Notes under the pieces: generated by a model
Database searches by the model: none
Seen by the model: the letters and a program-made list of their open reading frames with translations, nothing else
Told to the model about the DNA's origin: nothing
Translations under genes and position numbers: made by a program
Shown: piece by piece, positions 38,865 through 49,020 of the stretch
Position numbering within the stretch: the stretch's first letter is position 1
Layout of the letters: every line of letters starts with the position of its first letter
Assembly (NCBI RefSeq): GCF_947568905.1
Contig: NC_079171.1
Location: 19,778,001 to 19,842,000, forward strand
Length of the DNA: 64,000 bases
From: Ostrea edulis
Taxonomy: Eukaryota
Direction of reading: 5' to 3'

Positions 38865-39166
38865 CTGTGGGTGTGGTTTATGTACACTGTGGGTGTGGTT
38901 TATGTACACTGTGGGTGTGGTTTATGTACACTGTGGATGTTGTCTATGTACACTGTGGATGATGTCTATGTACACTGTGGGTGTGGTTTACGTACACTGT
39001 GGGGTGTGGTTTACGTACACTGAGGGTGTGGTTTATGTACACTGTGGGTGGGGTTTATGTACACTGTGGGTGGAGTTTACGTGCACTGTGGGTGTGGTCT
39101 ATGTACACGTGGGTGTGGTTTATATACCCTGTTGGTGTGGTCTATGTACACTGTGGGTGTGGTTTG
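38865..39166. repeat. 23-bp minisatellite (GGGTGTGGTTTATGTACACTGT.), ~13 copies
   Basis: Read directly. Confidence 0.93.
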
Positions 39167-40399
39167 TCGTAATACACTTTTCATTAGTACCTGTATTTAT
39201 GTCACACCATATAGTAAGAACTGTGTGTGTTATGTGACTATTCAACGTACAGTCTCCATTTCGACACTCTAATCAGACAGCTGACTGTAATTCTTATGGA
39301 AAACCCCTCCCCCTCCCAAAGATTGGTAAATGAAGTTTTGATTTTGTCTTCACACTCATACTTCCCTGCACGCTGGATACCCTGTGTTGAAAATGTCGAT
39401 AATGAACAGGGGTTTTTTTTGTTTGTCTTTTTTTTTTTAGAGAATTCACTGCCGTGAATCACACTTCAGATGCACTGGGAAAATAAACCAAGAAATGAAA
39501 ATAAAATGATAAAATTATTTTTAACAGACAGAGACAATTGAAGATAAAGGACAGTCACTTTACTATTTAGCAACTGACACGATAGTGCAATCGCGTTGGT
39601 CCATCGCTCAAGGGAAAGAAAGATAACTCTCCAATTTATATCAATAAGTGGTGTTTAGCCCTAAAATAACAGCTTTCCATTCGATATAATTTTTATTCTA
39701 AATTTGTCATACATTAATCTATCCAAAGTTGATACAACTCGCAGTTACATTGAAACATTGATTTTTGATTGATTGTCCTATTTTCGACGATTTTTCATCA
39801 GCAAATAACAGCTGTCCTCTGAACTGAAAAGCAACCTTTTATTGCAATTACATGTAGTTCAGATTTCCAAGAAAATCTCTATTTCTACTGAAATATATGT
39901 AAATTATGAAAAAGTGAAGATAACGAACAGTAGTCTCAGTATTCCTATAAGGAACACAAAATTAAGAGTACGCCACACACGGACCCCTGGGCATACCAGC
40001 GTTTAAAGTACACATGTCATGATTAGCCTGTTGTCACAATCTACGTCAGCTGGAAGTATTGCATATTTCCTATGTAACCTATCTATTTCTTTTATCACTT
40101 CTGGTTTCAAGTTCATTTATTTCGTTCACACCACCAATTAGTGGTACACGAGGTAAACTGAATAATTGAACTTAAGTATATTCGTACTAGCTAATGATTT
40201 GCATTTTAAAATGAAATGGATATCGTCTGCTATTTTACCTGAGTTACATAATATACCAACAGCCCACTTCCTATCAATGAAATTTTGCTTCTACCAACTA
40301 TTCGAAAATCCGCAAGATGTTCAAATTTTGAATATAGAATCTGCCCATGAATGTTTTAAATCTCTTTGGGAATATTGCGAAAATAAATATTTATATAAC

Positions 40400-41000
40400 A
40401 TACAAACAATTTTGTTTTCCGAACTAATAAGTAGTCTTATCCAGCAAGATATATGTACATAGAAGGATATATGGTAAGTACTTTTGTAAAATTTTGACGT
40501 GTTTAATACAGGATTTTAACATTCCTCTTATACTTTTAATCCATATTGGCAAGATGTCAAGTTCTTACTTTTTATAATTACACCATCGTCTTGCATTATC
40601 TTCGACATAATTCATAATACAGAGAAGAAGTTCTGTCGCAAATTGAAAGACCGAGGCTCAATGAGGTTAGGACCTTTTAAAATATTTCGGGTCCTCGATT
40701 TTAACTACATCAACATCACCAGTAATGACATGTCCAGCTGGACTAACGTTGAAAGAAGAACATGTAACTGGATTATGTATAAGATGGCGGTCTGTATCTA
40801 GGCACTGCAAGGTTTCTTTGTAATTAAGATTTTTTGGGATGCGATATAAGTATATTTGTAGGAAATACAGGGTCTAGACTTGAACGTATGGGTTTTCTAC
40901 TATAAGTTTAATTGTGAAAGATTTAGGCCTTCAAATAATACGATATTCAAGACGAAACATACTTCATTGAATTGTTATTGCTGATCGAAATACTATTGAT
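40400..41000 (-). pseudogene. Decayed coding region of a Naiad-type Penelope-like retroelement (CxC linker between N-terminal GIY-YIG and RT)
   Basis: Manual translation across frameshifts: PCISYKYT..IAS.KI.NYKETLQCLD, NPVTCSSF..SPAGHVITGD (40715-40741), ILKGPN..EPRSFN..QNF, IMNYVED.ARRW, ELD.L..WIKSIRGMLK. This matches my recalled consensus of the Naiad linker. A same-strand terminal repeat lies at 39912-40000. Confidence 0.7.
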
Positions 41001-41327
41001 GCTGAAACAAAACCAACACTGTACACATGAACATTCCTCGTAACCATTCTAGTAACTGTACCCATACCTTGGATGATTGTAAATTTCATACTTAAGACTC
41101 ATTGATTCAAAGTACTTCTATCTGATACTCAGCGATTCAAAGTACTTGTATCTGGAATTGAAAATGAATGATTTCGCGATATATGGAGGACAGTCTTCTG
41201 TACACAATCCTGTAGTTTATGATTTGATCGAGAAGCAAGACTTCATTTTCAAACGATACATTGCACTTTCTGTTTTTAATTTGTTTTTAAACTATTGAAT
41301 AAAGAAGCCTGAGCATACATGTATTGT

Positions 41328-41418
41328 GCCACTGCCGGGGTACTGTGTCACTGTCGAGGTACCGTGTCACTGCCGGGGTACCGTGTCACTGTCGGGGTAC
41401 CGTTTCACTGCCGGGGTT
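41328..41418. repeat. 19-bp tandem array (GTGTCACTGCCGGGGTACC), ~5 copies
   Basis: Read directly. Confidence 0.85.
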
Positions 41419-42604
41419 AGAAGATCATTTCGGGGAGGAGAGGGGGAGGGGTGGCAGATCTAAAGGGGGCGGGGGCGTTTAGATCTGAGTACTTTTAATT
41501 TGTTTTTTGCTTCATTGCGTCACATATGACTACCTACATGTATTTTCAAAAGATTGTAATTTGACATGTACCGTCATAAGGTGCAGGAGGAGGTTAATTA
41601 AAACTACTTTTCCTGTAATTTGTAAGAAATGAGCAGACAGACTAGATTCTGCAAGCGGAGCATGACAAGACAGGGACATACACTTCTAGTGAAATATACG
41701 CAATATATATGATAAAATCTAACGAATATTGCAATGAGCAATGAAAGCATTAGATGATGCCGGCGATGGATCGATTGATTGATTGTCAAGATGATCAGTT
41801 ATACGAAGCGGGGTTTTTTGTGTGTGTTGAATCCCCTTTCCATTTACGGCGATGTTGGCACTGAGGAAGCTGTTATCCTCCGTAATTCTCGTAATTTATA
41901 AATTAGCTTACCGCACGATGGCAGAGTTTTGGATTCCAAACCTCCGGCGACAAATATATAATACAAGCTCTGTTTCTTGTTATCGATCTACAGCGTGTAA
42001 AATGTCTTATTAAATATCTTGAATTCACCACGGCTGCCATTGACCTTTTCTACGATAAATCCTAGATGGCGAATTTCTATCCGATGTAAGCAAATGGCAT
42101 ATGACTCTGTTCCTTTTCATCGATCAGAAACAATGATTAAAAGCACCTGCTTTATCTAACTATTATTCAAGGAACAAATGTCGAGTGCGTATAATGGTGG
42201 TATAAAACTAGTGAAGTATGAACGTAATCTGATTTTCTAGACAATCTTCTACTGTTCTATACCCCCTATATATAAACAAACTTTGTCATTCCTTGTATTT
42301 ATATTTGTGATAAAACTCTTTTATGCCAAGCTGATATGCCTCTTGAGCATCACAGGTCCTAAATGCAAAACACACTAAAGCAATGGAAGTCTGTTATGGA
42401 CAAAACGATTGGATATATTTTTTTAAATAATAAGTTAAACGGGAGATGAAGCTCGAAAACATTGCAGAAAAGGTACATAAGCCGGATGACGCATCTTTTT
42501 TACTGTAATGCATGAGACCTTTATATCCCGTTTAACAAACCAACGGAACACATTTACTATTTTTTTGTATTTGTTTTTAATAAGTACGTAACATATAGAT
42601 GTAT

Positions 42605-43390
42605 TTTATTCAAAGACTTCTACGTGAGAAAAAAAAAACATCCCTTGATGTGGCCTTCAATTCGACATTTAGATATATCGACGACTACAGTGTTTATTAC
42701 TTTATTACAGTGTCTATTAACATTAATAATTTTCATTCATATGTCGATTCGATATATCCCAGCGAACTCGAAATAAAAGACACCAGAGTCGTTCACTTCT
42801 GCCTCATATTTAGAATATTTTATTGAAAATAGATATTAACGGCAAACTAACAACTCAACTTTATGACAAACGGGATGATTTCAGCTTCTCCATCGTCAAC
42901 TTCCCATATTTATGTAGCAATATTCCATTATCACCTGTATATGGTGTTTATATCTCTCATCTGATTCGATATACAAGAGCTTGTTCTGCTTATGGTCAGT
43001 TTTTAAATCGAAGCAGGCTACTGACAAACAAGTTGGTGATGCAGGGGTTGCAATGTTTAGTCTCGTTTACAGTAAGCATTTCGCAAATTCTATGGTCGTT
43101 ATAACAATCTAGTTTGTCATTACAACCTATCATTGGGTCAAATGCTGTCTGACGTGTTTCATACCGATTGTTAGGCCGTTATTGGCACACTGATTTTGAC
43201 TACGGATAACTCCGTTTACCTGATCAAGATATAGGGCTCACGGCGGGTGTGACCGGTCGACAGGAGATGCATACTCCTCCTAGTCACCTGATCCCACCTC
43301 TGGTATATCCAGGGTCCGTGTTTGCCCCACTCTCTATTTTGTATTACTTATAGGAGTTATGAGATTGATCACTGTTCGTTATCTTCACAT
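42605..43390 (+). mobile_element. 5'-truncated Penelope-like (Naiad-type) retroelement: frameshifted RT C-terminus plus terminal repeat
   Basis: FNSTFRYIDD catalytic motif (YIDD 42674-42685), IYPSELEIKDT, LYDKRDDFSFSIVNFPYLCSNIP..YGVYIS.LIRY.RACS; the frame ends RKFYGRYN..DVFHTDC* (TAG 43172-43174) with no C-terminal GIY-YIG, as expected for the Naiad/Chlamys domain order. Confidence 0.85.
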
Positions 43391-44620
43391 TTGATCATTG
43401 ACTTGTAAGTTATTCATAGAACGTAACAGTTGAAAAAGCACCCGATCTTGACCTGTCCCCTTTCCATATCTGAACGATGATTAAGGGGAATAGTACAAGG
43501 ACAAAATTAACCATTCTTTAGGAAAGCGTGATTTATTATACTTATTCAAATAAAAAGGTGAAAAATAAACAAGAGAACATTTTCCAACAATTTCAACATG
43601 TCGCTACTATAATGTTAATGTCAAATTGACACCAGCAAGACTTTACATGTAATTTGTTTCATAAACCAAATCATGTTAAATAATTTGCAATAAATATATG
43701 TAAAATTGAATGAATTCGTGAAAATTTATGTTCTTTTCAAATTACCACTTATTTTCCTAATGAGTCATCTAAGCAGATTGAAAACGTGAAAATTATTCAA
43801 ATGTTCCTTTAATGAACCCACACTTCCGAAGCCTCCTGCTGCTTTCTCTCTCCCTAATTATAACTGTTATGTTATTTCCCATAGCTGTTTGTTTCAGATC
43901 GAGGTCATGATACATGTAGAATGATATAACTATACCTTATAGCCCTTTGCTGGAATTCATTTGGTATATGATTACGCGAACGGTAAAGTTTTAACTAATA
44001 AATGTTGTTATAATTTTACCCGTCAGCGATTCAGATCAAATATTTCCATGAAATAAAAAAAAAATTTGTACATCTACACTTAAATTGGTCATCAATCTCT
44101 TGTCCACGTGCCCTGAATAATTTTACACTACCTTAATCTGCAGCTGAAAGCAATTCTATTCAAGTCAAAAGAACCTGTAAGCGCTACATGAATGATAGCG
44201 TGCTGGATCTCTAACCATGGCCGGCGATGGAGGGGGTAATGGATGCCTCTCTTTGTGAACACCATGATTATTTTCCAGTAACAAACTATCGGCATGCTGG
44301 TAATATAATTGTCTCCAGTAATTTGCATATATTACAGATAAGTTTATGGAATTAAGTGTTCCAATCTGGCCGATAAAATCAATTTCTTGCCTGATTTAGT
44401 CATTTTCCTAACAGTTAGAGCAATGCCCCATGCAATTCAAGTCCTGTGTAACATATAGATTTTCGGCAGTGCACCGTGAATGACCTGTACAGCCCTTAAA
44501 TTCCACGGTAATAATGCACCTTAAAATTTCCGATACATGTAATGTACTTTGAATGACCCGGTAGAGCACCTTCAACTTCCCTGGTAATGTTCCTTTGAAT
44601 TCCCCGGTAATGCACCTTAG

Positions 44621-44864
44621 ATTGATTGATTGTTTTCTACTACACTCGACAATTTTTCAGTTATCTGGTGGTGCCCAGTTTTTATTGGTGAAAGATAAAC
44701 CCCAGATACAATGTACCTGGGAAGAGACCACCGACCTTCCGAATGTAAACTGGGAAACTTTCTCACTTACCGGCGCGAGCGGGATTTGAACCCGTGCCGA
44801 CCAGAGGTGAGAGACCGTGTGATTTTGAGCGCGATGCTCTAAATACTCGGCCGCGGAGGTCCCC
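44621..44864 (-). mobile_element. Full-length tRNA-derived SINE (RUDI / BivaV-like) with 12-13-bp TSD
   Basis: Minus strand: GGGGACCTCCGCGGCCGAGT A box, GGGTTCAAATCC B box, GGTCGGTGG..CACCAATAAAAACTGG body, (CAAT)n tail; AATGCACCTTAG at 44609-44620 and 44865-44876. Confidence 0.85.
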
Positions 44865-45108
44865 AATGCACCTTAGAATTCCCCGGTATGCACCTTAGAC
44901 TTCCCCGGTAACGCACCTTAGAACATCCCCCCTGGTAATGTACCTTACAATAATAATTCCCCGGTAATGCATTTTACAATTATCCAGTAATGCACCTTAC
45001 AATTCTCCGGTAATGCACCTTACAATTCTCCGGTAATGCACCTTACAATTCTCCGGTAATGTATCTTACAATTTCCCGGTAACCCCGGTATGCACCTTAT
45101 AACCGAAC
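44865..45108. repeat. ~23-bp minisatellite (CCGGTAATGCACCTTACAATTCT) split by the SINE; left part at 44505-44620
   Basis: The same unit occurs on both sides of the SINE. Confidence 0.85.
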
Positions 45109-45319
45109 AGTACTCTTTGCAATAGCCCTGCAATATTTGGTATGATAACAGGATCACACTCTTCTGTATTCGAAACAATCAGTTTCATTCAAAAATATTT
45201 CGTGGAATCGTAAAAAATTGTTTCCAAATAAGTGACCACGGATCACGGATTTTAAAAATGCACGTAACAGTTTGTGACAAAGGGCGAATGTGTTCCAAGA
45301 TAACTGGTTTGGGGTTTAA

Positions 45320-45672
45320 GGAGGTATGCTACACCAGAGAAATTTGATGTAGATGAAAAGTGTAGGATATGTACAAAAATATTTTGAATTTGAAAATTTT
45401 CAAATTTACTTTATTTTGTCAAAAATTACAGTATTAGTAGAAGGTAATCTGAAAAAAATTTAAAACCCCTGCTGGACTCGAACCTGCTACCTACAGTTCA
45501 GCAGTCGGTATTCTTTTTTTTTCTCTCTTTTATTTACAGTCGGTATTCTAACCTACTGAGTTACTCGGCTAGGTATTTAAATGGAAAAGGAAAAGTCAAA
45601 TATTGCTGATATCGATTTTGTCATCCATGTTTTTAAAGGAAGTCAGCCATTATGACGATGTAGAGTACTACC
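45320..45672. mobile_element. Kolobok-like non-autonomous DNA element flanked by TTAA, containing a tRNA-like segment
   Basis: TTAA|GGAGGTATGCTACACC ... GATGTAGAGTACTACC|TTAA; purine-starting short imperfect TIRs; tRNA-like A/B boxes at 45466-45570 (minus). Confidence 0.65.
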
Positions 45673-46365
45673 TTAAACAATATAATGAGTGTTGCATTGC
45701 AGAGAAACAGAGTTAGTTTGAGAATTGGCATGTAAATTATTTCAAGCATTTAACCTATATTTATTTGCAACAAATTCCATCTTAATGTACTTCTGAACTA
45801 AGAGAGATAACTGATTTGGGAATCTCGCTTTCAGTGTATTTATAGATTCTGATCTCAAGTTCCTTTACCTTCAGAAGTTCTACTTAAAAATTGTCCATAT
45901 TGATTCCATCATTATTAACTGTAGAGTCAGCAAGATACCTGACTTCACTTCCGCTTCCTAAAGATATTATTGTACGTTAATTTACTTTATTTTTTCATTT
46001 TGCTGAAGAACTGCTCTCATAGTTTATAAACTTTTACTACTTTTGTCGTGCATTTGACCTCATGCGCGTCTGCAGTGGTTTCGCCATTACTGTCTTACAA
46101 TATTGCCATTGATTTCTACTAATCCGAATTAGGCCCGCGGAAAAATTTGATTAAATCGGTTTTATTCATTCATCAAACAGCCAAGGCCGATAAGGAGAGA
46201 TTCTTGTTTGTCAATCAAACACTGACACGTGAGTAAAACGGCTAGTAACTGCATGCTATCAGACCAAGTGTCACGATACCATTGATTAGGACAGCGTGAT
46301 ACAAACTACAGACTGTACGTCGCACTATCCAGAATACTCTACAACTGAGCGCGAGTCAATATGAC

Positions 46366-46678
46366 GATTTGTTTGTATTACATCCCGTCCAGAAATTTTC
46401 ACTCATATTAAGACGTCATCAGGTGCAGGTGAAGTGCCACAAATGCCGTAGCAGTGAGCGTTCTTTAACGTGCCCACACCTGTCGCGACAAAGGACCTCC
46501 GTTTTTTAACGTCTTATCCAAAAGACCTGTGATTCTCACTTCTTAATGTCAAGCGTGTGCCGAAGGAGCAATCATCTTCGGTTTGATGATGCCATGGCCG
46601 CCATGGCACGAGAGGGGCTCGAACTTGCGATCTACCGGTTACGAATCGAACGCTCTACCACTGAGCTAGCGCGACCGG
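46366..46678 (-). mobile_element. Near full-length tRNA-headed Meta/Deu-type SINE
   Basis: Minus strand: TAGCTCAGTGGTAGAGCG A box, AAGTTCGAGCCCC B box, CCATGGCGGCCATGG hairpin, Meta-like and Deu-like blocks, ACAAAC tail. Confidence 0.8.
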
Positions 46679-47404
46679 TCGGTATATATAAGGTAGTTAT
46701 TGTACTCATATCTACACTAAGAGAGATCCACACCAAGCTTAGTTTCAGCACGTGTAAAATGACAGGAGTGAACGCGTATTTAAATTTGTATAATACACAT
46801 ATTTTCATATTTTGCATTATAGGCAGCTCTCCGTAGATATAACAAATATTTTCATGTAAAGAAATTTGTTGAAGACTCCGCGAGAAGAAATATTTTTAGC
46901 AGTCACAATGAGGTGAGAAGATTAGTCTGTTTTTCAGATTGTGCTTGTTCTTATGTTTTAATGCTTTCCTATCCTGGTGTGAGATTGAAGGTATTATGTA
47001 CAAGAACGTTTAATAGCGGGTACGATGTATATACATATGCATTGTCTGACCTTTGAACCACAATCAAACAAAATTTGCATGTATAGCACGACTCTGGTTC
47101 TAAATCTGAGCGGGGTTCATGTTGTGGGTGTTCATTACATTCTGTCACCGTGAATGACAGCCGGATAATTGGTTACAAAAGATGAAAGCTCACTTATGAA
47201 TATTCAACAAGACGGGCATTCATTGATTCATAGGCATTGGCTATTCAGAAATATTCGGTGGCAAATCGAATAACACGAAACAAATTGTGAACATTATATG
47301 GGGAATAAAAGTTCTTTCAATTCATAATATCTATATTGTTTTCCTCTGCTCAGCCTATACACCAACAAAAGTCGCTCTGTCGCAATCCCATCGTTACATC
47401 ACGT

Positions 47405-47885
47405 AGCCTCCGCCACAACACGTACTATTTACGCCTCCGTCACAACACGTATTATTTATGTCTCTGTCACAACACGTACTATTTATGTCTTTGTCACAAC
47501 ACGTACTATTTATGTCTCTGTCACAACACGTACTATTTATGTCTCTGTCACAACACGTACTATTTATGTCTCTGTCACAACACGTACTATTTATGTCTCT
47601 GTCACAACACGTACTATTTATGTCTCTGTCACAACACGTACTATTTATGTCTTTGTGACAACACGTATTATTTATGTCTCTGTCACAACACGTACTATTT
47701 ATGTCTTTGTCACAACACGTATTATTTATGCCTCTGTCACAACACGTACTATTTATGCATACGTCCAACACGCACTATATAAATGTCTCCGTCACAACAC
47801 GTACTATTTATGTCTCTGTCACAACACGTACTATTTATGTCTGTCACAACACACACTATTTATGTCTCCGTTACAACACGTAATG
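47405..47885. repeat. 27-bp minisatellite (GTCACAACACGTACTATTTATGTCTCT), ~18 copies
   Basis: Period read directly (47521 and 47548). Confidence 0.96.
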
Positions 47886-47926
47886 ATTTAGGTCTTCGTT
47901 ACAGAAAGTACTAGGCCTATTTATGC

Positions 47927-48890
47927 TAGCTGCAGAACTGTAGCTCTCTGAAAAAATATTTTGACATAACAGAGAGCTACAGAGCCACCCCTTATAAAAA
48001 CCTTCGATTTACGGCGCACAAAAAGCTGCGCACGGTTGAGGCCTTATATCGTTGTATTCTTGAGTTACTGTCTCATAAATTTAATATCAAAAAATTCTTA
48101 ACATATTTTCCTACTATACTTGTGTCTAAACATACCTTCAAATATTCATTAAAGCCCCACACGACCTGAAAACTCCCAGCTTCAAATGATTTCGTTTGTT
48201 GACGTAGCCATGTTAGGTAGCCGGGTCAGTTCGTACCCTGTTGTTTTTGGTATATATTCATAAAATTCGTTATATGTTATATATTCGCTCTTCATTTATT
48301 ATCAATACCAATAATTTATAGAAATTAAAAAATAAAGTTTTTCTAAAGGTAAAATAAGCTCTTGATTCATGAAAATGCTACTAAAGTCCTTAACACTCGT
48401 GTGACAGGGATGGAGACCGGACCAGACTAATGAAAGCCGCATTGTCGTGAGTTTAGCTATTTGAATAATTATTATTTAAAGGCACTGGGATGATATATGA
48501 TTTAAAATATTTAGCTAAAATATTTGTGGGGATATTAGTTCACATCTAGACGTTATTGTGCAAGTATGGAAATTAATCAGGATTCGAATTGACCGGCTAC
48601 CTAACATGGCTACGTCAACAAACGAAATCATTTGAAGCTGGGAGTTTTCAGGTCGTGTGGGGCTTTAATGAATATTTGAAGGTATGTTTAGACACAAGTA
48701 TAGTAGGAAAATATGTTAAGAATTTTTTGATATTAAATTTATGAGACAGTAACTCAAGAATACAACGATATAAGGCCTCAACCGTGCGCAGCTTTTTGTG
48801 CGCCGTAAATCGAAGGTTTTTATAAGGGGTGGCTCTGTAGCTCTCTGTTATGTCAAAATATTTTTTCAGAGAGCTACAGTTCTGCAGCTA
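47927..48890. mobile_element. Very young MULE-like MITE, 964 bp, 298-bp TIRs, 9-bp TSD TATTTATGC
   Basis: 47927-48224 is the reverse complement of 48593-48890, with no mismatch found by eye; TSD at 47918-47926 and 48891-48899. Confidence 0.93.
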
Positions 48891-48916
48891 TATTTATGCC
48901 TGTGTTACACTTAGTC

Positions 48917-49020
48917 CAATGAGGGGTGTACTTGGAGTTACCGCGGGTTATTCTGTACACCCTGAGGCAGATATGCATATTGATTACAACCCGGGGTAAA
49001 TCCCCGTACACCCTTCATTG
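48917..49020. repeat. Small imperfect inverted repeat (~33-bp arms), possible mini-MITE
   Basis: CAATGAGGGGTGTAC...GTACACCCTTCATTG. Confidence 0.6.

Noticed and set aside
40166-40462. Plus-strand ORF with faint likeness to the PLE RT N-terminus (LPELHNIP, LWEYCENKY)
   Set aside because: The similarity is weak and on the opposite strand to the well-supported neighbouring remnant; it may be chance.
43350-43390. SECIS element in the Naiad terminal repeat (AUGA present)
   Set aside because: No apical AA loop or matching GA quartet partner at the proper spacing could be found by eye.
47336-47891. Cys-rich repeat ORFs (HNTYYLCLC; INSTCCDRD) resembling metallothionein or keratin-associated proteins
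   Set aside because: All frames on both strands are open because the 27-bp unit lacks stops; there are no splice signals or unique termini. The same applies to ORFs at 6000, 8611-9140, 34254-34728, 38893-39272, 53745-54109 and 61441-62306.
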